Shown here in pieces: positions 26,672 to 38,470 of a DNA stretch of 64,000 bases. The number at the start of each line of letters is the position of its first letter. Within the stretch, counting starts at the first letter, position 1. The stretch is from contig NC_043015.1 in the NCBI RefSeq assembly GCF_006345805.1, forward strand, positions 19,034,001 to 19,098,000, in the 5' to 3' direction. A program made the translations under genes and the position numbers. The stretch is from Octopus sinensis (Eukaryota). The notes beneath the pieces are model-generated. The model ran no database searches. It worked only from the letters and a program-made list of their open reading frames with translations, and was not told where the DNA came from.

Positions 26672-26870
26672 ATAGTAAAGTGTATTTGCCAACAGAATGT
26701 GGCGGTCCTATAAGAGACGATGTTACTGTTGTTTAAACCCCAGGAAAACATCTTTTCCAGCTGGCTATCAACACTGTCTGTGTCCATATAGTGTTTCTCT
26801 GGTGCTTAAGCAACAGTAACATCGTCCTTTAAAGGAAGGCCACATTCTGTTGGCAAATAAACTTTACTAT
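26672..26870. mobile_element. ~200-bp MITE with ~60-bp imperfect TIRs
   Basis: atagtaaagtgtatttgccaacagaatgtggc ... gccacattctgttggcaaataaactttactat. Confidence 0.7.
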
Positions 26871-26940
26871 TCGGTACTTTTACTGAATGTTTCTCGCTGA
26901 GAGATTGAAAACAAGTTGTTTTTCTCCATACATATATAAA

Positions 26941-27060
26941 GAATAGCTGTGTGGTAAGTAGCTTGCTTACCAACCACATGGCTCCGGGTTCAGTCCCACT
27001 GTGTGACTCCTTGGGCAAGTGTCTTCTACTATAGCTTCGGGCTGACCAAAACCTTGTGAA
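26941..27060 (+). mobile_element. tRNA-derived SINE head (family C)
   Basis: gctgtgtggtaag...ggttcagtcccact...ttgggcaagtgtcttctactatag; other copies at 27408, 31150, 36572, 47060. Confidence 0.88.
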
Positions 27061-27068
27061 AATTGATA

Positions 27069-27132
<64 letters not shown>

Positions 27133-27307
27133 TTTCTGGTCTAACGACCCTCCATGTTTGTTTTCGTTCGGTTTCCTTGTATGTCTCCACTGTCCTGTTT
27201 TTGTTTCCCAACTTTGACCCTCCATAAGTCCAAAATTTTATTTTGGTATTTATGGAAAAACTTATCTTCGAAGACTCATTTGCGTTCTTTTATATTATTT
27301 GTCATTT

Positions 27308-27407
27308 NNNNNNNNNNNNNNNNNNNNNNNNNNNNNNNNNNNNNNNNNNNNNNNNNNNNNNNNNNNNNNNNNNNNNNNNNNNNNNNNNNNNNNNNNNNNN
27401 NNNNNNN
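27308..27407. other. Assembly gap (100 N)
   Basis: N run. Confidence 1.
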
Positions 27408-27470
27408 GGGACTGAACCGGAACCATGTGGTTCGTAAGCAAGCTACTTACCACACAGCCACTCTTACGCC
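27408..27470 (-). mobile_element. SINE head fragment (family C)
   Basis: gggactgaaccggaaccatgtggtt...accacacagcc. Confidence 0.8.
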
Positions 27471-27599
27471 TATGTTGTTCAGATATAAACAATGAAGTTC
27501 AGATATAAACAAAATAAGCTTAAAATGAATTTTTATTATATCAAGCAGACAAAAAATAAAACATGTTTGAATTTTAAAAAATTGAATTAAATCTATTAT

Positions 27600-28880
27600 C
27601 TTTTAGAACTTTCCATATGCATTATATCTCGCATCATTACTGTCAATAAATAGTTTAGCAACTTCTTCACGACTAATCTTTTTCAAAACATCTTTATGAA
27701 CGTGGCACATTAGAATATGAATCAACCTTTGCTGAGTCATGGTCAATCGCAACCAAGTTTTGGGTCTCCCCTGAGCGCTAAAATATCTTTCAACTTCACA
27801 AGAACTGATTGGAAACATTAAAAGTAGCCTGAGCAATAGCTCAACATTTGGAATCATGCGACGGACATCTGGTTGCATTTCACTGAATAGTTTACGATGA
27901 ACCTCTATGATGATTTCCATACAAAAGTATTTCATTCCTTAAAGAAAATTCACCAAGCTCTGGATACAGCATGATCACTTCAGCACAAAAATTTCAGTTG
28001 AGTAAAATATTGCTTAGTTTTTCATAACCTGTTAAATCTTTCAAATTTACTATTGCAGTTTTCACTATCTGCAAATACTGCCCAAAGCAGTGCGGTGTTG
28101 ATATTTTAACGCATTTCCTTCCTAATTTCTTTTAGGAACTTTTCGTTTCCTGGGTAGCTCCAAAGGAGAAATATCATTTTTTCTGCTGTATTGAACAGCT
28201 TCTAAAATTTTTCTTCATTGCGTAGATTTTTTTAATCTCCTCCTGCACCAGTTTGACACTATGTAACATGCCACCTTGATTGACGGTGGTACTTTGAAAA
28301 AAGTTGTTCAATCCTTCAAGGAGTTTAAGTAATGAAACTAAAACATGCAATCCAAGAACACATTGGCCTGTAAAGAGATAAGTAAGAATACCATTAGCTC
28401 TGAATGCAATGTTGGTGCCAAACTCATTTGTTGCCTCTTGTAAAGAAATAAGGACATCTGAATAATTTTCAAGAAGGGCTTTGACTACAGAAAGTCGTGT
28501 CAGCCATCGAGTAGGGCACAGAGGTTTTAAGGAGCGCGGTGACGTTACTTCATTGTCTTCATCATGTAATGATAAACACATGTGCTTAAATTTCCCCGAT
28601 GTACTACATAGTTTCCACAATTCATTCGCGTAATAGAGAGCATTTTTGATAAATGAAGCTAATTGAATGGATTTAGCTATAATAAGTTGAGAAACATGAG
28701 CGCCGCAGCGCACGTAATGGGCCAGAGGCTGAATCTTCTTTGACAACCAAGATGTTTACTGGCCATATTAACCGCACCATCATGTGTCTGGCATCGAAGA
28801 TTTTTGAATTGGTAATTGAAGACGTAGGAATATATCAAGAATAATTTGACAAAGAGATTTACCAGTTGTACCATCTATAT
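27600..28880 (-). mobile_element. hAT transposase fragment, Tip100/Zaphod (ZMYM1-like)
   Basis: THDGAVNM, CGAH, LKPLCPTRW, PISSCEVERYFS (hAT dimerisation) motifs. Confidence 0.85.
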
Positions 28881-29189
28881 TGTAGATTCCTAAAACATCT
28901 TTAATTTGAAAATAATCATTCACATGACGAACACAAAGTGTAAAGTCAATTCAAACTGTAAAGTCAAAATGCCAAAGATGCAAAATATGAAGAATTTCTT
29001 GCCTTTCTCTGAAATCATAAACTCAAGGGAAAAAATAGTACCTTGCAAAATAAAATATCTCGTTCATAAACTAGTTGCAAACGAATGAAGTGAGATGCTT
29101 GGTGACAGTGAGCAAACAATATCTGTATCCCTATATATAATTATATATATATATATATTATATATATAATATATATATATAATAACAAA

Positions 29190-29460
29190 ATGTGACAAGA
29201 ACGCAAAACATCCGGACTGTTAGCTGATACAAAAAGAGACAACAAAACATCCAGATAGACGATACAGAGAAAACAAGGACGGCTCTTCGAAGTTTTCTTT
29301 CTTCAGTCAAACACCAGATTATCCTCGCAATTATCTCAGATTATTCTTGAGATTGCTCCAATCTAGCCAACCTAAGGAAAAACTAAGCTAAGCATTAGAT
29401 CCTTGGAGAAATCAGCGAATGTATACAAAAACAAGGACAGAAAAAAGGACAATATTACAC
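29190..29460 (-). mobile_element. PLE terminal-repeat-like island with degenerate HHR
   Basis: CTGAAGA-AAGaaaaCTT-cGAAG-agccGTC on minus at ~29278-29310; flanked by (AT)n. Confidence 0.35.
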
Positions 29461-29523
29461 AAATATAAATACATATACATACATACAGACATACATATAT
29501 GTATATATATATATATATATATG

Positions 29524-29587
<64 letters not shown>

Positions 29588-29674
29588 ATATATATATATG
29601 TATATAATATATATATATATATATATATTATATTATATATATATATATATATACATACACATAGATATATAGAG

Positions 29675-29946
29675 ATTTATAATAGTATAAAATACAATTA
29701 TAATTAAGGGTACAGACGCCTCTGTGCCTATATGCTGAAGATAGACGCTAAATCCACACCAAATCATGTTGAAATCGAGGAAGTAGACTAACAGAAATTC
29801 AATAATTCTACTTCCTCGCTTTCAGCATGTGTAAATTAGAAAGTGATAAATTGGAATGGTTAGACCGATTTAGCGTCTATCTTCGGTATATAGGCACAGA
29901 AGCCTCTGTGTCCTTAATTATAATTGTAGTTTATACTATTATAAAT
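29675..29946. repeat. Fold-back with ~80-bp imperfect arms and a nested inner hairpin
   Basis: 29675-29754 vs 29867-29946; inner 29765-29787 vs 29807-29829. Confidence 0.85.
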
Positions 29947-30624
29947 CGCTATATATGAATTCACCTAAATAGGTCTATTTTATATACTGGCCACTGATAA
30001 GATTTTTAATGATTTTATCCTTTAATTATATACATAGATTATATACATAGATAGATACACACACACACACACACACACACATGCGTACACACATACAAAC
30101 TTGTGTGTATGTGTGCGTGTGTGTGTGTGTACCTTGTTTCTGAAAAAAATTTGTCTCCAGTTTTTATTGCCTGTGGAGGTCAAAGGCTACTGCTCTGGGT
30201 ACAAAGTAACCAGCTTTTCAACAACGTCAAAAAACAGCGCCAGATATTCCCTTCTATGTCAGCTACCTCTGATGAGCGTATTTATACAATTTGTTTCTTG
30301 CTGAACGCTCCATTGTATTTTTTGAGCGAAACTGATTGGTAAGACCAGCCGTGATGGATACTTAATACTATAATTCGGAGAATATATGTATATATATATA
30401 TATATATAATATATATATTATATATGAAGAGGGAAAGAGAGTAAGAGATGTGTGTGTGTTTGTTTGGTTCATGTCTATCTATCTATCTATTTACCTATCT
30501 ATCTATCTGCATCAAGGGTCTCAAACATGCGGTCCACGAAATACTTTACTATGGCCCGTGGTAGAACCAGTATTTCAGATTGCTTTATAACTGTTGAAAA
30601 TAAGGTGGCGAACTGGTTGAATCC

Positions 30625-30785
30625 TTAGCACATCTGGCGAAATGCTTAGCGGCACTACTTCTGTCTTTACGTTCTGAGTTCAAATTCCACCCAATCTCGA
30701 CTTTGCTTTTCATCCTTTTGGGGTCGATAAGTATCAGTGTGGACTGGAATCAATGAAATCAACTGTCCCCACCTCACCAAATCAT
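30625..30785 (+). mobile_element. SINE body fragment
   Basis: ggcgaaatgcttagcgg...ttacgttctgagttcaaattcc...ggggtcgataag. Confidence 0.8.
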
Positions 30786-30993
30786 TACCCTCCAGGACGT
30801 AATAGCTCTTTTGTGTCCTCGAGTTTGAGACCTCTGTTCTACACACACACATATACACTTCACTTTTTCTGCCTTTGGACAATGCCCATGCTGAAGCATC
30901 ACCTTGGTACGTTACGGGGACGACAACAAACCAACAAAAGTTGGTGGGAGGGCAAACACAAATGCAGAGAAAACATGCACACACACGCACGCA

Positions 30994-31035
<42 letters not shown>

Positions 31036-31149
31036 CACATATATATATGTATACATATATAGAGAGTTTTTGAAGTAATGTACAGATATTGTATATTGAG
31101 AATAACATTCTGACTACCTTGTTATTCTCAATATATATGCATATATACG

Positions 31150-31275
31150 ATGGGCTTTTATTTTAGTCTTCTTCTATCAAATCCACTCACAAGGCTTTGA
31201 TTGGCCCGGGAAGTGAGACTGAACCCAGAAACATGTAGTTAGGAAGCAAGCTTCTTATCACACAGCTACACTGCA
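31150..31275 (-). mobile_element. SINE head fragment (family C)
   Basis: caaatccactcacaaggctttg...gactgaaccc...cacacagc. Confidence 0.78.
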
Positions 31276-31339
31276 CATAAGTTGTGTGTGTGTGTGTATA
31301 ATAATGTGTATATATATATATATATATATCTTTAAAATG

Positions 31340-31535
31340 ATATGTGACAGTTATTCAGTAGCCAAGATGAACTCTGAGTTTCGGATGACGAGGTGGAAAT
31401 CCACACCACTATCTCTTCGGTTATCTGGGTGGAATTGAATTATCTGCCCAGATAACCGAAGAGATTGGGTGTGGATTTCCACCTCGGCATCCGAAACTCA
31501 GAGTTTTATCGTGGCTACTGAATAATTGTCACATA
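31340..31535. repeat. Fold-back of ~90-bp arms, each carrying a degenerate HHR
   Basis: 31340-31429 vs 31448-31535; GATAA-CCGAAGA-G..CATCC-GAAA-CTcagAG-T-T-TTATC. Confidence 0.85.
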
Positions 31536-31809
31536 TTATTTTACAGATAAATTCCTCTATATACATAATTTGAGGTCTCTTTCATTCTTTTGTTATCTTA
31601 CCATTTTTACCAATATATATAATATATATATATATATATAATATATTATATATATATAAATCTACATACATATATACGTATATACGTACATTTACGTATG
31701 TATATAGCTATACATTTATATATTTGTATACAAACATGCATTTTTATTTAAGTGTGTGTATATGTACCTATAAGGATGTTGTCATGATTTATGTTTTTTT
31801 GAAAACGAA

Positions 31810-32650
31810 TGAAACTGAAAATAGGTGGGTAAAGAAAAGAATGCATGGTCAATTTCATATGAATGTTGAAGCTAAGACAGACAGAGAAAAAAGATGGCCG
31901 TGGATGACTAAAAGTGATTTAAAACCGGAAACGGAGGCTGCCCAAGAGCAAGCACTGAGGACAAACTACATAAAATACAGAATAGACAACACAGCTTAAA
32001 GTGATAAGTGCAGAATCTGTGAACAAAACGGTGAAACCGTATAGCATATTACCAACCAATGTACGCCACTAGCCCAGAAGGAATATAAGAGACGCCACGA
32101 CAATATCGCCAGGCTTGTCCATTGGACACTTTGCAACAAGTATGAACTTGACAGAGCAAAAAATTGGTACGATCACAGACCTGAAGGCATCGTCGAAAAT
32201 AGAAATGCAAAAGTCCTATGGGATTTTATGATTCAGTGCGACCACGAGATAGAGAATAGGAAGCCGGACATAGTCTTAATTGAGAAAGAAAACTAACTAT
32301 GCTGGATCATAGAAACAGCGTGCCCAGCTAACAACAAGGTATGCGATAAGGAAGAAAGAAAAGTCGAGAGGTATGACAGGTTAGCTTGGGAGGTTAAGCA
32401 GTCGTGGTCGATGAAACAGGTAACAGTAGTAGCAATAATTGTTGGAGCCCTGGGAACAGCGAGCAAAAATCTCGAGAAGTACGTCGCACAAATAGGAGCT
32501 GCAAAAGGGGTGGTGCACTTTCAGAAAACAGCACTGCTTGGAACCGCTCGTATACTCCGGAAGGTGCTCGAAAACTAAGAGGTGTTACCTTAGTACACTG
32601 GTAGTTAACAGATGTCACTGTAATACATCTTCAGCGTTAGAAGCTGTGAA
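31810..32650 (+). mobile_element. R4/Dong-like 3' fragment (CCHC + RLE)
   Basis: WVKKRMHGQF..AAQEQALRTNYIKYRID; CRIC..ETV, RRHD, KVLWDF, RKPDIV, IVVGALG-type motifs with stops. Confidence 0.88.
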
Positions 32651-32653
32651 AGG

Positions 32654-32700
<47 letters not shown>

Positions 32701-33737
32701 TATATAATAAGTATAGGAAAGAATGGAGCTGAACGAAGATTTTAACAAAATTTAACAAAAGTAAGTGAATGAATTATCCTCGTATTGATAATTCGGTTAA
32801 TCGATACCTGGGTAGCAAATTCACGTCAGAAAACACGGTTGTAGCTACATGCCGAGGGTAGAAACCCCGTGTTCTTGTGTGGTAATTTGTGTATTTTTTA
32901 AAATGAATAAATGAAAGAATGGAGTCGAACGAAGATTTTAACAAAATTACTTTACTTTCAACACATATTTCGAAGACTGCATATTCTTAATTCCGAAGGA
33001 ATAAAGGGTGCATTATGCCATCTTCTCATCAGGAAAGACAAGGAACCTCTATCAGCCTCAAGACGGACAAAAACTTTTTTATGGCCTCCTACATGGTGTT
33101 CACAGTGATAATGAGTGTTTTTTAAAAATCCGTTATAAGCAATGACGTCAAAATTGGTTGGAAAGAGGAAGTTATGAAAATAAGAAGGGGACTGTATGCA
33201 TGCTGTATGTATGTGGATGCGGGGGTGTTTGCTCTGGTTAATGAGTTTGATTGCTTATGTATGTGTATGAGTGTGTGTATATAACTGCATTTATGTCTGT
33301 GTATGTGTGTGTGTAATTATGTGTGTGTTGGGGACAATTGTCAAATAAATATAGCAGTAAGGTGAGAAATTTGTGTCTGTGTGTTTGATTGAGCGTATGA
33401 CAGAGATAGAGAGGGAGAGAGAGAGGGAGAGGGAGAGAGGAAGAGATAAACATACGCCAGTGACATTTAGTATTATTGTTTTATGTAACGGAGTAGACAT
33501 AAAAGAGACGTGAAATTAATTACTAAAACAGAGAAGCTATCTATATTATTTATCATTTATATGAATGGAAAGTGTGTTTTTGCCAGTGCTTACACTTATA
33601 GGATTTTTCTATTAATGTGTTAACCAAGGGGAACTTGGCGAAATGATATAGAAGAGCTCGGAATTACAAATTCCGCAAAATTTCCTGTCCTTATCAAAAG
33701 GAAAGGATACAGACAATATGGACCAATCCAGCTTGAA

Positions 33738-33808
33738 AGTTATATTGTTGTCCTTAAGACGCCAAACTAAGTAAATTAGTTTGGCGTCTTAAGGACAACA
33801 ATATAACT
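33738..33808. repeat. Perfect 33-bp hairpin, 5-nt loop
   Basis: agttatattgttgtccttaagacgccaaactaa-gtaaa-reverse complement. Confidence 0.95.
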
Positions 33809-34287
33809 CACTGAATGAAATAATTTGATAAGACCCTGTTATATGATTTCGAAATTTAACCAATAAGATTTCGTTTCTTTTCAGTGGGATCCACAAATTA
33901 CTCCAAGTTAAAGAGGTAGCTTGCTTCCCATTTGCTCATGATCGAAAATAACCGTCGAACAGTGAGCGCCAAAATTCAAAGTGTTTTGAGCGTATATACA
34001 CATACAATAAGATATCATAACGATAAATTAATGTTATGATATATTAAATACGTTATAATATAGGTGGTTAAAGCAATTAAAAACCCAAAAGGTAGAATAT
34101 ATAACACCTACAATTGCTAGAAATAAGAGCTAAAAATATAACCCAAATAGCCAGAAAATCACCATACATATATGTATGTATGTACTTATATACATATGTG
34201 TGTATGTTTGTGTGTGTGTGTGTGTATGTGTGTGTGTGTATGTGTGGTGTGTGTGTGTGCGTATTTTAAAGAGGTTATGGGCTAACA

Positions 34288-34362
34288 GGTTTTTGGGATC
34301 TGACGATACGCTATAAAGCTAAACCTTTTATGAACAGGAAACCTAAGGTAATCCTATAAACC
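34288..34362 (+). ncRNA. Type I hammerhead motif (helix II base degenerate)
   Basis: GGTTTTTGGGAT-CTGACGA-..-GAAA-CCtaaGG-T-A-ATCCTATAAACC. Confidence 0.65.
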
Positions 34363-35377
34363 GGCTTTCCCCATTTTTAATATATATATGTGTGTGTGTG
34401 TGTGTGTAAGTATGTATATATGTATGTATGTTTGTATATATGAGCATGCATATGTATGTATATATATATATGCATATATGTGCATGTGTGTGTACGTGTG
34501 TATGTATAAATATATTCATGTGTATGTGTGTGTGTTTGTGTGTATTATATGCCCCGTTTGTATCTGTCTTCTAATTTTATTGATTTTCTTTAGGCATTCC
34601 ATTATATTGTTATCCTATATTAAGTTTGTACTTTTTCATCCTATTTCATCTTATCTTTGTCTTTATTACCTATAATTTTTTCTTCCGTTATGTGTCTTAA
34701 GAAGATGCAGATAATTTATGAGCCATCTGGTCTCCTTATCTGTTAATCGAGTCAATTCCCCAAAAATCTCTTTAACCTCCTATAAATAGGATGTTTTTTT
34801 CCTATTTGTTCCCCACTTTCTATCTATCCCCCCCCCCCGCCACTTTCCATCCCTTGAAGGTGTTGATAGTTTTATTACCATGTAGATTTAGCATTGAAAT
34901 AGTATTCCCTATTTACTCTTTTAACTGGCATCAAGATAAGAGAGTCAATATGCATTATATTCTATTTGGGTGGAAAATCCTAAATGTTAAATTTCACTTA
35001 ATTCACCTGAAGAAAATGTTTGTTTTTGGGGGTTTTTTTTTGACATGATGTAATTCATTTGTTCATCGATAAAAAAAATCACGTCTGAAACAATTGTAGT
35101 GAACCTCAGCCCATTTCTGTCATTCTTTATACTACACCACATTCGGATCTTGAACTTACAGTGGATCGGGGACTGCATGCCGGAGTATACTATTGTGTGA
35201 CTTGGCGTATGGGTCTGTATTTGGTCTATACTAGTGAGTGGATGCGTATCTGGAAGGATAAATCCGTATTTGCTTCAGTAAGTACTTGAGTGTCCGTACA
35301 CACTGTTAGCGCACAAGTATGCTATCCACGACTTTTGTTGTTAAAATACCTCACATCTATTGGATCCTGAAAATAAT

Positions 35378-35408
<31 letters not shown>

Positions 35409-35715
35409 GTGTATGTATGTATGTATGTATGTATGTATAACTTTTAATTCACCTGGAGAAAATGTTTTCTTTACAAGATGTAATTAATTTGTTCATCGAT
35501 AAAAAAAGCACGTCTGCAACATCTTATCATTTGGAGTGTAAGGAGCATAGCTCTTTTACCTTTTACTTTTTTGACATTTTAGTTTCTGTTTTTTCCTTTA
35601 CCGTTATTCGTTTTCCGTTGTTTACTGTCTGCGTTTTCTATATGCTGCCTTCTCAGTTTTTTCGCGTTTTTTTTTCTATTTTCAAATTCTTTAGTTCGTT
35701 ATCATATGTGGTTTG

Positions 35716-35765
35716 CGCCTGAAGAATATGTTTGAGTTCTCTCAACATATGAAACACATGTAGTG
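35716..35765 (+). ncRNA. Type I hammerhead motif (short helix I)
   Basis: CGC-CTGAAGA-ATATGTT..AACATAT-GAAA-CACATG-T-A-GTG. Confidence 0.7.
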
Positions 35766-35837
35766 AGGCCTTTAAATAAATAATATCTGTTACTCACCAG
35801 ATGGAGTACTTTCTTTGTTGAATTTTCTATCACGGAT

Positions 35838-35871
<34 letters not shown>

Positions 35872-36321
35872 AATAAAATATATGCATACATACATATATG
35901 TACGTACCTACATCTACATGTATATATACATGCATATATAAATATATATACGTGAGTATAGGACACCACAAATAGACGTAGAACTCAACGAGAAACGAAA
36001 ACGTAAAAACAAGCATGGAACGGACCTTTTTTTAACAACGAAAAAACAGAGTACAAGACAAACTCCACAAGGAGAAATCCCCTTCATCAGCTGTCCCTAG
36101 TTCAACTCCAGCGTGTTTCGAAGGTGAGATATATATTACATAGACCTCTATGTGTGTGTATTCGCTTTTCACGCGAAAACGACTGCACGAGTTGGTTCCA
36201 TATTTAAGATACATGAACAATTTGACCTTGGATATATAATAGGGTCTTCATTTCATTTTTAATTTTTTTATTAGAAATAAATAATATTGCTTTAGATATA
36301 TCATTCACTTCTTTAAAAAGA

Positions 36322-36436
36322 CACCGATAGAATAAGTACTATGCTTACAAAGAATAAGTCCTGGGGGATTTGTTCGACTAAAGGTGGTGCTCAAGCATGG
36401 CCACAGTTAAATGACTGAAACAAGTAAAAGAATAAA
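36322..36436 (+). mobile_element. SINE tail fragment
   Basis: accgatagaataagtact...gtgctcaagcatggcc...gactgaaacaagtaaaagaat; also 40483, 46890, 54800. Confidence 0.82.
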
Positions 36437-36571
36437 AGAATATATACATGCATACATACACACACACACACACGCACACACACACATACACACATATATA
36501 TACACATACACATACATAATACATACATACGTAAGTACATACATACATACAAAAATACATACATACATACC

Positions 36572-36706
36572 GGCGTGGCAGTGTGGTGAGAGGCTTGCTT
36601 CCCAGTCACATGGTTCCGAGTTCAGCAAGTATCTTCTACTATAGACTTGGTCTGACCAAAACCTTGTGAGTGGATTTGGTAGACGGAAACTGAAAGAAAC
36701 CCGTCG
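36572..36706 (+). mobile_element. SINE head (family C)
   Basis: ggcgtggcagtgtggtgag...gtggatttggtagacggaaactgaaagaaacccgtcg. Confidence 0.82.
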
Positions 36707-36745
<39 letters not shown>

Positions 36746-36765
36746 ATTATAATAATGCAAATAAC

Positions 36766-36824
<59 letters not shown>

Positions 36825-37259
36825 CATACATGGGTACAGGACGTCACCAACTGTGTGAACAACATTAAATACGAAACAAACGAGTTAAATACGCGAACAA
36901 CGAGAGAAAAATGGAAAACAGGACAAGTAACACGGAGAACGACCCTTCATCAGTTGTCGGCTGTCTATCTACTCCTCCTTTTGGGCATTCAACAACAATA
37001 TGAATCTTCGAAGGCAGTTGCTCTCATAAAATTTGGGATTTATGGAGGGTCAAAGTTTGGAACAAAAACAGGACAGTGGAGACAAGAAAACTGAAGGAAA
37101 GCAACGATAGAGGCTCGTTAGACTAGAACGAAAGGAAATAGTGAACGCTGGGAGAAATATTTTCTTTGAAAAGAAAAAAGAGAAAAGAGAGACAGAGAGA
37201 AGACGTCCAGTCCTTAGAACGAGTGCAGGAAAAGAAAGATGGACGATGATCACGAGTGA

Positions 37260-37290
<31 letters not shown>

Positions 37291-37369
37291 AAGAAAGAGA
37301 AAGAGGGGAGAGAGACAGATTGGAAACGGTGAAGGGGAGAAAAATGGAATAGAGAAGGATGGGGGAGAA

Positions 37370-38470
37370 AACAGAATAGAGTAGAATCTCAACTGTATTA
37401 TAAGCGTTCGTAGAATTTACGGTGGTTTCATAAATAATGGTCTCGGTCATACAGACTCCATTTAGCGGGCACAAGTCTTTATCCCTGCAGGAACAGCCAG
37501 CTTCGTGTTGTTGTGTTGCATTGTGTGTAACTATACTTTTAAAATTTGGGGTGGAACTAAAACTAATTTTTAGGTTATGCCTATTAAAGAGTTTTCTATA
37601 TTTGTGATGTAATGGAAAATGTCTATCTATAAGTGGCAAGAAATATTTACCTATATTAGAGGTCACTTCGGAGGAGTAAGGGTGTGTGAACCAGGTACTT
37701 TTCTTGTGTCTGTGTTTTCAAGCCGGACTAGATTATTTTATGCGCAACTCCGAGAAAAAAAAGGATGCCAACAACAACAAATTTCTGACCTAATAGTAAG
37801 TGTGTAAGCTATTTCCTCTTTAAATCCACTAGCTTTAAGGGCATTGTTATATTGTGGGGCAGCATTATTAAATATGTTTATATTGGGGGAGAGGCTAGAA
37901 ATTCTCCTACAAATACTCTTAACTAAATTCTTAAACACTATGGCGGGTGTGGCAGGAACCTACATTAATATAACTAAGTCTATCGTAGGGCTTTCTACAG
38001 GATTTTTCAATATTCTTTTGTAAATCTAGTGATACGTCAAGGAAATTGGCAACCGTCAGGTTGGTATCTATTGTTATGCTAAGATCGAATGTTTTCATAA
38101 GATGGATAATATCCTTCCTTAACCGATCTTGCGCTGGTCCATTGGTATTCTTAGCTGAAAATAGAGAAATATACAACAGGAAAAGCTTTTCCTAACGTGT
38201 CAAGCAAGAATAGCCGAATGAGATTGTATATGCCTGCTCCATCATATGACCCCATGCTCACATCGAAAGAACCCTCTGTATCTGCCGTCTTGACCCACTC
38301 TGTGTTCTCGCTGAAGAGTAAGGTCTTTCTAGCATGGAGGATTATATGCATAAATATACAATTAGTTAGATACACATTTGAAAATGGTTTTGTTTCATTG
38401 GTCCTTTCAACTAACGGTCTTTTCAATAACCGGTTGCATGCAATAACAAATTGCAGTTTAAAATCATATT
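37370..38470 (-). mobile_element. Penelope-like element, Naiad-like RT/linker fragment
   Basis: DVSMGSYDGAGIY, NFLDVSLDL, NIGKYFLPLIDRHFP...NLKISFS, CSCRDKDLCPLNGVC. Confidence 0.82.

Noticed and set aside
32600-32640. CTGAAGA with GATGT/ACATC stem (minus)
   Set aside because: No GAAA or NUH follows; lies in the R4 3' UTR.
33865-33925. Possible micro-exon (ttttcag...AAAGAG/GTAGCT)
   Set aside because: Weak donor and no supporting neighbouring exons.
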